From assembly GCA_001179505.1 (NCBI GenBank), contig CDMY01000539.1:1-55525 (forward strand): a stretch of 55,525 nt of DNA, written 5' to 3'. The position numbers and the translations under genes are program-made. Numbering within the stretch: the stretch's first letter is position 1; the number at the start of each line of letters is the position of its first letter. The stretch comes from Vitrella brassicaformis CCMP3155. Its lineage: Eukaryota; Protista; Chromerida. The notes beneath the pieces are model-generated. The model saw only the letters and a list, made by a program, of their open reading frames with translations. It did no database searches and was not told the origin of the DNA. Positions 12,496-24,542 of the stretch are shown one piece after another.

Positions 12496-12863
12496 CCCTC
12501 GCACCGCACTCCCTCCCGACCGACGTGTCACTCTCTCTCAGCCAGTCAGTCAGTCAGTCAGTCACCCAGCAGCGCCCGCACCGAAAGCAACCCCCGCACC
12601 CATACACCGACACGCAGGCGGCAAGGCAGCCACCAAGACGAAAAATGCCCTCTCACGCGAACACGCTGAGAGGGACAATGAATGCGATGATCTCGCCAGA
12701 TTTCTTGGAGGGAGGCACAGGGGGGTAGGCAGTGATTCAGGGAAAACCTCGGGCGAGGAAAGAAGCCAGAAAAGGAGTGTGTCAAAGAAGCTCGCAAAGC
12801 TAAGCTCGCACTCGGCGGGGGCTAGGGGTGGGGGCGTCTCCAAATCCACCTCTCGGTGCCACT
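12496..12863. promoter_or_regulatory. Putative bidirectional promoter (Patched-like gene / acyltransferase-3)
   Basis: 368 bp between divergent ATGs. Contains CTCGCAAAGCTAAGCTCGCA (12791-12810), which recurs exactly at 21350-21369. Confidence 0.5.
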
Positions 12864-14753
12864 ATGGATCAGGGGAGCAGCAGCAACAGCAATGGCAACA
12901 CCATTGAGATGGGCCTCATGGGGGAAAACAACAGCGGCCAGCAGCTGCTGCAGCAGCAGCAAGAGGACGTCGAGGCGCCCGACGTCTCCGAGGAGGCCCC
13001 CCTGAAGGCCGCAGATGGCCCGCCGACTGCAGCCACCAGCAGTGCAGTGCTGACCCGCCCCACATATCTCACCGCTTTCGGGTTTCCGCGCTTCTTCGCG
13101 TCATGGATCATCGTGTGGTAAGTTACTGAAGCCATGGGAGCCACCGAATGAATGTTGTCTGCCTGCATGGCCATGGCGTGTTTGTGCATGTCGCGGTGCG
13201 TGCACTGCAGGTATCATTTCTACCAGTTTCAGCGGCCGTCTCACTGGGGCTACACCTGGGTGTACTTCTTCTATGTCCTGTCGGGCTTTGTGCTCACCTA
13301 CACACGACTCACGGCAAAGGACCCGCAGAAGAACGATCAGGTGTGGTGTGGGCTGCGATGAGTGTGTCTCTCTGTGCAGTGCCGGCACAGTCGGGGGCAA
13401 TGCCGCACTCTCTCTCTCTCTCTCTCTGTTTTTGTATGTGTGTGTGTGCAGGAGGGTTACTTGATGTTTATATTCCACCGCATGAAGGTACGGCACTACG
13501 TTCACTGCCTTCACTGCCTTCACTGCCTTCTACTCCGAGACATTAGGGCATCTACCCCATGTACGTCTTCTCCCTCCTTCTGGGCGTCTGGAACGTCCCC
13601 GCGCCCCCCTGGTCGGACCTCGCCTTCCTCCCCTCCATGGTCCTTCTCGTACACGTCTGGCGGTGGGACCTCGGCCTAGAGGACATCCCCTTCAACAGCC
13701 CCTCCTGGTTCCTCAGCGTGTTGTTCGCCTTCTACCTGCTCTTCAAGCCGCTGTATGCTGGAGTGACCAGGGTCAACCGGTGGGGCCTTTATGCTATCAT
13801 GGCAGCCTGCATTGTGTGGCCAGGTCAGGTACCAAGACAGAGGGAGAGGGAGGGAGGGATGGAGGGAGGGAGGGAGGGAGAGGGGGAGAGACATGGAGGC
13901 ACTTGTCTTGTTCGGCTCGGTTTGTTTCGTTTGTCTGTCTGTGTTTGTGTGTTTGGATCGGGTCACAGGGTTTTGTGACCGCGCCTCGTGGCGGTGGGGT
14001 TACATGTTCTTCAACCTCTACCCGCTGCACTTTGTCCCCATGTGCGTCCTCGGCATGGGCGTCGCGCGCATCTTCGCAGAGAACTTTTACAACCCCGACA
14101 CAAAGAAACTGGAAATCGACCCAACCAAAGTGACAAGACAGGACAAGCCTGTGTGCAATGTCTGTGTGTGTGTGTGTGTGTCTGCCTGTGTGTGTGGCAT
14201 AGGTGTCGTTTGTCTTCAAAATCGGCGTCATATTGAGCTACGCGATAGCCTTTTCCATCTACTTCACGCTAGAGATCACCTCGGAGCTGGGCTACAACCT
14301 GGTGTGGTACGTTCTGTACCCCCTGTGGACCCTCCTCATCTACTCACTCGCCATCGGCCTCGACCCCCTGGCAAGGCTCATGACCCATCCCGCGCTCGTG
14401 TGGACGGAAAACCTTGCTTGGCCCATCTACATCTGCCAGTACCCCGTTTTCGCCGTAAAAAAGCCACACACACACAAAACACACATGACACACGACACAC
14501 AATCCCCAACACGCAGACCTCGGAGAGACACACAGCACGACTTTGGTTCTCTCTCTCTCTCTCTCTCTGTGCATGTGTGTGTGTGTGTGTTCAGGCGGGT
14601 CAGAGGTTCGTGGGCCCCTGGATGCTGGAGAATCCTCTGGCCAGAAACCTCACCTTCACGGCGGCGCTGGCGGTGTTTTCCGTGTTTGCTCACTACGTCG
14701 TGGACGAGCCCACGCGGGCATTCCTCAATCTGGGCAAGAGGGGCCACAAGTAG
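12864..14753 (+). CDS. Acyltransferase-3 family (OafA/NRF-6-like) polytopic membrane O-acyltransferase
   Basis: Motifs LTAFGFPRFFASWIIV, YTWVYFFYVLSGFVLTY, FNSPSWFLSVLFAFYLLFKPL, ENLAWPIYICQYP and HYVVDEP. GT-AG introns, TAG at 14751-14753. Confidence 0.8.
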
Positions 14754-15266
14754 ATAAACACATCGAAAGGAGTTGTGGGGGCTGGTGGGGTGGGTGAATT
14801 GCTGAGGTGACAACTTGAATGAATGGTCATCCCTGTTAAGTAGTCATAACAGAGCCCACAATGAGTCAACTGTAAGGGAGCAATGAGTCAACTGTGCTGC
14901 ATGGATCTTTGTTTGCTATTGTTTGCCTCCCCTGAATGAGCGAGATCCCGGCGACAGAGATGCCTGGAAGGCGGCCACACACAGACACGCCATAACTGGC
15001 CATCCGAGGCCATCAAACCTCCAACATCATGATCCATCTCCCTCTGCTGGCTCATCAATTCCTGCAGGCGAGCTTGCAAAAGACGAATCGAACGTGGACG
15101 GCGACAGCAACCCTCTGGCACCTATCAAATTGCCCCCTGGAGCCGTGTGTCGTAAGCTCGCGGTGGGGCCCTGGGGGCATGAAAAGCCCGAGTCACCTGC
15201 CAGTGACGCTTCTTTCAAGGCATCTTGTGCTAATATACGAGGTCGGGGGCACATATATCTTCAAGG

Positions 15267-15603
15267 ATGCCTCCGAAGATAGTGAGCAGCGTATCCGACG
15301 AGGAGACGTTCAAGTCCATCGTCTTCTCCAATGAAGACCCCAGGCTGCACAGTGAGGGAGCTGTTTGGCTGTGTGCAGTGCATGTGTGTGGATGGGTCGG
15401 AGACGCTCATCCTTGACGGACGCCATGCGAGTGTGTGTGTGTGTGTCAGTTGTTGATGTGTACACCCAGTGGTGCGGCCCGTGCAACCAGATGATGCCGC
15501 TCTTCAAGTCTTTGTCCATCAATGTCGACTTCTTTGAAGAGCGGGTCAACATCCTACAGGTGAGTTGAGTGAGGCGGAGCGGGGAGACGAGACGTTCTCT
15601 CCA

Positions 15604-15639
<36 letters not shown>

Positions 15640-15887
15640 TCTCTGTCAGGTGTGTGCAGCGACCATTGGCGACTTTGAGAAGTATGAAGGCACGTCCCAG
15701 CCGACATTTCTCCTTTACAGGGTCAGTCACTGTCTGTCTATGTCTCTGTCCATCCATCCATCCATCCATGTGTGTGCGTGTGTGTGTGCAGGAGGGCAGT
15801 TTGGTTGCCGAGGTCAAGGGCGCCAACGCCCCAGTGCTGCTCAAGACTATCGACCAGAACCTGCCCCCACCACCAGACACCGACTGA
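15267..15887 (+). CDS. Thioredoxin-domain protein (WCGPC), possibly an axonemal dynein-associated thioredoxin
   Basis: Spliced product MPPKIVSSVSDEETF...IVDVYTQWCGPCNQMMPLFKSL...QPTFLLYREGSLVAEVKGANAPVL...*. The axonemal subtype is an inference. Confidence 0.85.
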
Positions 15888-16034
15888 CTTGACTAGGTGC
15901 CTTGATCCATCTCATGAGTGAATGAGTGAGTGATTGTGTGTCGCATTCTGTCAATAAAGCCATCACCATGATGACTATGTGTGTATACCGACAACCGATA
16001 AACCACACCCCGCCACGCCACGCCACACAACACT

Positions 16035-16547
16035 TCATCCATCGCTGTCGACCATGTCGCCCCACGAGGCGAAGAAACCGTCCATGTGCGACAGCAAATG
16101 ATACCTATAAGACACAAACACACACACACACACAGACACACACAGAGAGAGATGGACGTATGCCACCGAACGCACCGACCCGTCGCTCCCACCTGTCGGT
16201 GGCGATTCTGACGACGCAGGTCATGTGTGAGAGGGTGAATCGCATCAGCAGGTGGTGCCGCGGCGGCACAAACACCATCACACACACCGTCTCCGTAACC
16301 ACACCACAACCACCACCACTGCTCCCTCCAGCTGCTGCTGATACTGCTGCTGCTGCTGCTGTTGCTGCTGAAGGTGAGATGTCAAGGGTGTCTCTGTCCG
16401 TGTCGTCGTAGCTGTAGACAAAGTGGGTGGCTGTGGGTGGGGAGAGGGGCGGAGGGGTGGGCGAGGGTCGACCATCCTGCTGGTGGTGCTGCTGCTGGTG
16501 GTCATGGTGACGGCTTGCCGGCGACTCGAAACACTCCTCCTGCATTT

Positions 16548-16578
<31 letters not shown>

Positions 16579-19500
16579 GGGGTGTGTGGCTTGTTGGGTT
16601 TAGGCGTGGCTGACCTGTTCGAAGTCGAAGTCCTCCCTCTCCACCCTCACCCTTGACGGCACCACAAACGGCCCCAACGTCAACCCGATCAGCCGAACCA
16701 CTCTCTCCCGCGACATCTCCAACACCTAATACACCACACCACAGTCACACGAGCATTCCGTGTGTGTGGTGTGGTGGCTCTGCCGCACGCACCTTAACGG
16801 ATCTGCACATGTGCTGTGCCGTCCAGAGCGCCTCGAAGAAGGCTGCCCAGAGCTGCGGCGGTGCCCGTGGCGGGAGGCACATGTCCTGGAAGGTGACGAA
16901 GAAGGCTTCCAAGTGACCCGTGTAAGTCTGACCCTATACACACATACAGATCCATCCGCTCCTGTGTGTGTGTGTGTGTGTGTGTCAATGGTACCTACCT
17001 CGGCGTCGTTGAAGGCGATGCTCACGTTGAAGGACGTCGGGACCGGGGCGATCGGCTGCAGCCTGCACGATGCCCCCACACACACATACATGAGCCACCA
17101 CACCCACACACCCACACCCACTCTCACTCACCTCAGCAGCAGCTTAAACATGCTGGGAAACCGCTCAGAGTCCCCAGTCCCCTCGCCGTCGCTGAGGTAC
17201 GGGATTCTTATTGGCGCGATGGGCACAAAGTTGCTCGACGCCGAGAAGGACATCTCCAGCGCGTAGATCTGCCGAGGGAACGACGCTGCGGGGGAGGGGG
17301 CTGATGCTGGAGACGACAGGCACACCGACCCTTCTAGCAGGCTGCCCAGCTTGTTGCTGCCGCTGCCCTTGGCGGTGCCTCGTTTGTATCTCAGGACGAA
17401 GGGCAGCCGGATGAGTGAGGGGGCCGACTCGACAAAGGCGAGATACGCCTTGAGAGCGGCGCTCACGGCCTCTCTTGACAGCGATGGGGGGGCGATGGGT
17501 GTGGGTGTGGGTGTGGGTGTGGGCGACATGTGCACGACATCCATCATCTCCGTCGGTCGCCAGTCGTCTTCAGGCCGCTCGCCCCACCTCTCATGGAGAG
17601 CTATGTCTCCCGCCTGACACCACACACACACACACACACACATCCGCCCACACAGGGGCGGCAGAGACACCCACACTGACTGACCGACCTGAGTGGGCAG
17701 ATGTGTGGGCAGTCTGAAGACGGCGTGTCCGCCGTCGTGCAGCCCGAGAGTGCGCCGCTCGTCGAGTGACTTGAAGAGGGTGAGGAACGGCAGGGGGCCG
17801 TCGAGTAGCCGGACTGTCCGGGGGATGACTGGGGTCAGGTGCTGCGCCAGCTGGTCCGGCACCTTGGCATCCTGACGCAGCACACGGCCTGCGCCCAATA
17901 GGCACACAGAGAGAGGGGGGGAGGTGAATGTAGGTCTCTTCCTCTTGTGTGTGTGTGTGTGTGTGTGTGTGTCTCACCGAGCGCAGCGCTGCCGGTGTGG
18001 GTGAGTAGGGTCATGTAGAGCAGCGCACGGTCCCTCATATCCACGTCAGGCTGCCATAGGCCACACACACACACACACACACATATGTAGCCATACACAC
18101 AGACAGAGAGGGAGGGGGTATCTCCCCCCCCACACACACATATACCCACACACACGTGGTAGGTGGCTAGGTAGTCGAGCAGCCTGGTCATGGGCGTGTA
18201 GATGGCCCGCTGGGGGTGGTACAGCATCACCTTTACACACAAACACACACACACACACACACAGACCACACAATGCCCGTGATGCTTTCCCTCCCTCTCT
18301 CTCTCCCTCCCTCCCTCATTGCCCACCTGTCTGCACACGACGATGACGCGCACCCCCACGCTCCACGACCCCTGCACCGCAGGACTCATCACCACCCGAC
18401 GCAGCGCCGTCAGCACATAGCCAGGGTCGATGCTCTCCGTCTGGGCTGCACACACACACACACACACACTGGCAGTGTGCGGCAGACGCACAGACAGAGA
18501 CCCACCGAGAGTCACGAGGAGGGCGAAGTAGTGCGGGATGCGCGAGGGCGGCTCGAGGGTGCTGACGAAGTCGCCCAGGCTGCGCAGGATCTTGTAACCC
18601 ACTGCTTGGCCCTGCTCGACGTGGCCAAGCCAACACAATACACAAGGCGTCTTGTGCACGTGTGTGGTGGTGTGCGCCTCTCTCCCTCTCCCTCTCTCTC
18701 TCTCTCCCTCTCTCTGTGTGACCTTGTGTGGCGGTGTTTGGCACCTTCTGACCATGGCCAGCACCGACGGCAGCAAATGGGGGTGAGACCTGCGGGGGGG
18801 CACACAAAAGACACAAACATACACCCACACACATGACTGACTGCAGTGAGTGGTATACCTCAGCAGGTCGCACAGGTAGCTCTCCAGCCCCAGCCGGTCA
18901 ATGTGCGCCGCGAACCTCAGCAACACACGCAGCTGACACACACACACACACACACACACAGATCCCCCCTCCAATACCCACACCCACACACCGCACCCAA
19001 AAGTCAGTCCCGCCTACCATACCAGGAAGCGGAAGACGACAGCGTGTGCCCCTACGGGCCGGATGCAGTACCTGAACTCCGAGAGTGAGTCGAGGACGCA
19101 CAGCAGATTGCAGGGGATGCGCCCGGTGCGCTCGAAACACCACAGCAGCGACTGCAGCTTCAGCTCCTTCAGATCTACACACACACACACACACACAGAG
19201 AGAGAGACGCACATACACATCTCTCTGTGTATGGGGCGGTGTGTGGTACTTACCCAGTGGGTCATGCCACTTGGGGCAGAGCTCCGAAGTGTATTGGAAG
19301 AGGATCGAGTCCATCGGCGAGTAACACGCCAGAGATATCAGCCACCTGCACACACACACACACATTGCACACACATGCATCTGGGGGTGGGGGGTTCAGT
19401 GCCTTCCCTGACAGACAGACCTGACGGCCAGCAGTCGGAAGCACGGCTCTACGGCGGTATTCTGAATGACCGACAGCAGACGCGCAAAGATCGCCTCCAA

Positions 19501-21245
19501 CGTCTCCTGATCAGCCACACACACAAAGCAACCAACCAACCACACTGCCCATGGTGTGTTGGAGGCGCACGTACGTCTGGTATCTGCCCCTCTGTTTGGA
19601 ATTGCGCCACAACGGCCAGCACCGCGTGGATCAGCGGAACCCCCAGCGAGTCCAGCAGCGGCTCGAAATGGTGCAGCACCACTCGGCACGGCAAAGCCAA
19701 CAGCCTATGCGCCCAACCACACCGTCAGCTCTTCGACCACACCCACACCCATACCCACACCCACACCCACACACGCGGTATAAGCTTACCGAATGAAGAG
19801 AGAAAGGCGTTCGGCGACATAGAGCTTGGTCCACTCGCTGTAGGTGGGCATGGTCTCGAGCACCAGACTGATGGCCCGCATGAGTGTCCGGACCAGCTTC
19901 CGCGGCAGCCGGGGGGGCGACATGCCCTCGGGAAGGTCGTACGGCGGCAGAGGCAGCGACGACACACCGACCCCCGCACCATTACCGGTGCCATTACTGA
20001 GGCCGTTGTCAGTGCTGCCGCTCGGTGCTGATGCTGCATGGCAGTTACACACATACAAACAGAATAGACCCACACTGCATCCCTCACCACTTGGTGTGTG
20101 GGGGATTGGCTGTGGAGGGGCCGGGAACTGAGGCGCCTGAGATGACGGCTCCCTCTCCCTCTCCCTCTCTCTCTCCACGTCATCCAGAGAAGCGAATGCC
20201 GGCATTGGCGGCATGGCCGGCAGCCCGGCGGCGTCCTGCCTGGTGGGGGCGAGCATGGGTGCCATGGCCACTGAGGATGCAGCGCTGAAGGGGGTATCAT
20301 TGTTGGTGCTGGTGATGGTGGTCGAGGACTGGAGGGGGAGAGGGCCGCGGGCGACGATCTCCTGCACAAGCTGCACACACACACACACATCCATCCATCC
20401 ATCCGTGTGTGTGTGTATGTCTGTGTGTGTGTCACCTGCTGTGTGAGGTGCAGCACAGTCGTAAAGAAAAGCCGCGCGTAGGCCTCGTTGACGTGCAGCA
20501 TCTCGTCAGCCACAAGGGCGCCCAGCTGCAGCTGCTGCCGGTGCGAAGAGGGCGGCGGCGGCTGTGTGGTGCGCACCGTGGCCGTGTAGGCCGAGCCTGC
20601 GTGCCAATCTGGCCCTAGAAGGGGGTAAAGCAGCCCTGGGTGAGCGAGCTCGAGCTGATGGAGGCACTCGCAGGCGTAAGCCCGGAGGACCCTGTCAGCG
20701 GGGCGGTTGATATTCTTGACCACGCCGCACAGCAGGTCGACGAACTGGTCAAAGACCTACACACACACACACACACGGAGAGAGAGAGAGAGATCCCATC
20801 AGCCCCCGAGGCGCTTGTCGCCCACCTGTGGCTGTGCCTCAAAGCAGTTCATGTCGAGCAGCAGCGTGGTGTAGGTCACCAGCGCCTGAGCCTTCAGCCC
20901 ATACGACACCGCCAGAGCCACGTGGGTGTGGTGCTCCGCCGCGGCTGTGGGGGCGCTGATGAGGTTGTCTATCACAGAGAACACCTTGTTCAGCCGCGAA
21001 AAGTCCTGGATGAGCGCCGAGGCATGCTCCTCTAGGAAGAGCAGCGCGCTGGTGCGGAGGATCTCATCCCGCTCTGTCAGGATGGTCAGCAAGATGGTGT
21101 CGAGCAAAGTGGCGTTCCACTGCTGCTGCTGCTGATGGTGATGGTGAAGGAGCGGGTCGGCGACGACGGAGCGGAGGGCTTTGTGTGCGGCGTCTTCGTT
21201 CCAGCTGAAGGCGTACCTCAGCATCTCGTGCGTCCAGTCCGCCAT
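16035..21245 (-). CDS. AP5B1: AP-5 adaptor complex subunit beta-1
   Basis: NRPADRVLRAYACECLHQLELAHPGLL, PDVDMRDRALLYMTLL, FPRQIYALEMSF, and C-terminal FVPPRHHLLMRF...VRIATDRYHLLSHMDGFF resemble recalled plant and animal AP5B1 motifs. Confidence 0.75.
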
Positions 21246-21692
21246 GATGGCATGGATGAATCAAATCAATCAGACAGAAAGTCAGCGTATTACGACCGCG
21301 TTGACGTCCTCTCCCAGCCTGGTTGCGAGAAGGGCACAGATCTGCGCCTCTCGCAAAGCTAAGCTCGCAGCCGGAGGGGAGAGAGGGGAAGGAGGGCGCA
21401 ACCGATAGAATGCATGGACTTTAGTTGCATAGGTTTGATAAAGCAATAGCAAAAGGAACGAGCACCGTCGAGAAACGACCCTCCCTCCCCACTCACATAC
21501 GCAGACTAGAAACACAGACAGACACGCAAGCACACACATGTACACACGCACGCACAGACATACCCATACATGCAGAACACGTACATACGCACAGACATTC
21601 ACAGACACACAAGAGGTCAGAAAAGCGCAGCCCAATTGGCGCAGCCGAGCGAGCATCTGACACACACGATGAGTGCAGGCAGGCATTCCCTC

Positions 21693-22704
21693 TCACTCCA
21701 TGAGAACAGAGCTCGAGGTGCTGCTCCCCGACCAGCCTGAGAAGCCACCCTCAACCCTGACCTGAGCCCAATAGCTAGACTTCTGCCGGCACGGCCCACA
21801 GTGCCAGTACGAGCGTCCGCAGGACGGACAGTTCCACCCAGCCAGGCCCTTCTCCCCTATCTTATTCATGACGGAGCTATCCACGTTGCAGCTGTAATTG
21901 CCGCACCCGCCGCAAGAGATGGATGTCACAGCACACCCGCGGCCGCTAGTGCAGATGAATCTCCCCTTGTCGGACTCGAAAAACAGGCGGCGAAGGGATG
22001 CCACCTCCTTTGTGAGTGCCTTGATCTTGTCCTCCACCTGCTTCTTGCGGGCGTCCACCTTCTGGTCGATGGTCAGCGTCTCGAGCTTGCCCAGCTCGCA
22101 GTGGATGGTGTCGATGTTCTCCTTGAACTTGCCCAGTACCTGCTCACACACGGAGCGAGGGACGAAACAAGAGGATGTTGGCGATCTGGCCCGTTGTGTG
22201 CATTTGGTCGGTCACCTCACCTCCAGACATTTGCTGCTCCCCACGCACAAGATCCAGTGCTCAGACGCCGACAGCAGCGCCGTGTTGAGCCTCTTGAGGT
22301 CGGCGTAGGTCTTGGACTCGTACGAGATGTTGTCCTTGAAGGGATCCTCCGCGATGACGGTGAGCTTGGCCTCGACCACGTGACCGTCGATGAGTGTGGC
22401 CACTGGTGAGGTGGCGTTGTTTCATGTCGCTTGGAACGCGCCGTTGCTGAAGCTGATGTCGGCCTTCTGACCCACAACCACAGATGCGTTCGCTGCCTTC
22501 TTCTGGTCAATGCGCTCGATGGCCTCGCAGTTGATCTGCATGAAGGGACAGAATAAAGGCATGGGGAGGGGAAAGGAGTTCGTCCTTATGCATCAGACCG
22601 CCTCGCACCTTCTGTCGGCCACGTATCTCCTCCAGCAGCTTGTTGGCTCGTTCCTCTCTGACAGCAAGGCAGTTGCACGCCTTGCCGGAGCAAGTGTCAG
22701 CCAT
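21693..22704 (-). CDS. Hypothetical protein with coiled coil and C-terminal Cys-rich (CxxC) putative zinc-binding domain; in-frame TGA at 22422-22424
   Basis: Three exons join in phase 0 (MADTCSGK...RQK | INCEAI...CLE | VLGKFK...CGGC...CPSC...CGPC...*). The TGA is either a premature stop or is removed by a possible 69-nt GT-AG intron. Confidence 0.6.
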
Positions 22705-22862
22705 CCTGATACCAAGATCTTCGAGAACGACAGCTCTCGTGACGCGAGCTTGAAAAGGAAGAATGCGAAGCTCGCAAAAGAGAGTGGAAGGGAGGGAAGA
22801 GGCGGAACGTCGCCTCTCAGGACCAGCCTGTGAAGCCCACGCCGAAGATCTTCAACACCCAG

Positions 22863-23500
22863 ATGCATCGGCGGCTCACACTCATCGGCTCCAAGATCTT
22901 GCCCCTCTCCCACCCACCGCCCTGTCTGCCACAGCAGTCGGCCGCCTTCTCACTGGGCATTTGGCCTTCCAGGCGGACGTCATCCAAGGAAACAGAGGCA
23001 GCCAAGAGCAACCCAGCAGCGACGGCAGCTGCGGGAGGGGCGGACAAGAAGGATGACAAGACGACTGCCAAGGCCCAACCGGCAGCACCAGCAGCAGCAG
23101 CCCCTGCTGCAGAGGCCAAGAAAGCGGAGGTCGACAAAGTAAAGGTCAGCCCAACCACTGCACACCAGGCGTCGTAACAAGCCTCCATGTGTCCGTGTGT
23201 TGTGTGGGTATGCCATTGACGATGCAGGCTGCTCCCCCTCCCCCTCCCCGGCCCTCTGCAGCAGCCCCAGCCAAAGGGCCGACGCCCAAGCCAGCACCAG
23301 TGGTGCGCCGCGAGCCGGGGCCATTCGCCCGGCTGAGGTCGTTCCTGTCGGGTGTGATAGTGTCGAGTGCTGTCGGGTTTTACGTGTTTTACTTCCACAT
23401 GTGGGATGCCAACCTGGAGCTGTCGGTGCTGGTCAAGGATGTGGCCAAGAGGCAGGCGCTCATCGAGAAGAGGCTCACCGAACTGGAAAAGGCCGACTGA
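22863..23500 (+). CDS. Small single-pass membrane protein with Ala/Pro-rich linker and C-terminal coiled coil, probably mitochondrial
   Basis: Two exons. Arg/Ser-rich N-terminus MHRRLTLIGSKIL..., transmembrane segment FLSGVIVSSAVGFYVFYF, then LSVLVKDVAKRQALIEKRLTELEK. Confidence 0.65.
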
Positions 23501-24542
23501 CTGACTGAGAGAGGAGGGAAACGGGGAGCAGCGAGGCGGCTTAGGTTTTGACTGTTTAATCTCTTCTTTTCCCTTCTTTACTTTCTGCTCCCATACACAC
23601 ACGCGGCGGGAGAAAGATCGATGGAGAAGAGGCCAGTGCTGCATGCGCCATGGTGGTGATGTCTTGTGTGGTTGTGTGGCGTCTATGTTTTTTCGTGCGA
23701 GGCATTGGGGATGATGCCCTCTTGACGGCCCTTCCCTCCCTCCCTCTATCCATTTCTTCTGAGGGCGCGGCGGTCTCACATTACTTCTGGTTTTCCTCTG
23801 CCAGCCACACATTGATTAGACTTTGGTGTGGCGTTGGGTGCGGGAGTGCGTGTGGCTGTCATGTCATGTGATGTCATGTGTGTGCACTGATGTGTGCTGT
23901 GCACAGAGATCGACCATGTGTTGCGAGCCGAGTCGAGTCGAGAAGTGAGAGGGAGGCAGCAGACATTTGTTTGTGTGCGTGGCACAGGCGGGCCGAGACG
24001 AGCAATGTGTGTGGTTTGAATCGTGGCATCACAAATCTCAAGTATGTCACATAACGCACACAAACATCTCAAAACTGGATACAGACAGAGAGGGAGAGGG
24101 AGAGGGAGAGGGAGAAAGAGGAGACTCAGAAAGGTCGGTCGAGAGTCAGACGCAGCAGACGCCCACCAGCCATCAGACGTGCACATGAAGGCGTCGAATC
24201 TGGCCGCCAGGCGATTCAAGTCACCCAGCCGCCCCCGGCCGCCGCTGCGGGGGTCAGGGTCAGATGGGTCAATCGAGGATTTAAAAGCAGCAAACACCCA
24301 CATGCGCTCAGCAGCCCCCATTGCCCAACCCCCACGCACATCGATATGTCCCGCCACCCTCCCCACCCTCCCATCCGACCAGCCGGCTCGCGACGCATCG
24401 CAGCACCGACAGACAGACAGACAGACAGACGGTGAGGTGCCTGATGCGGATACACCAAACAAGGTGAGGGAGGGGAGAGCAGACGTGGACAGACTTCCCC
24501 CTCCCCTCATGTGTCGTCTTCGTACCTGTATCTATTGCAATG

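Noticed and set aside
14859-14895. 15-bp direct repeat CAATGAGTCAACTGT x2 containing an AP-1-like TGAGTCA
   Set aside because: There are only two copies, and TGAGTCA arises often from the TCAG/TGAG microsatellites here. It is not a CRISPR array, and no function can be supported.
16596-16605. Isolated telomere-like or telo-box words (GGGTTTAGG here, CCCTAAAC at ~1507)
   Set aside because: They are single units at background frequency.
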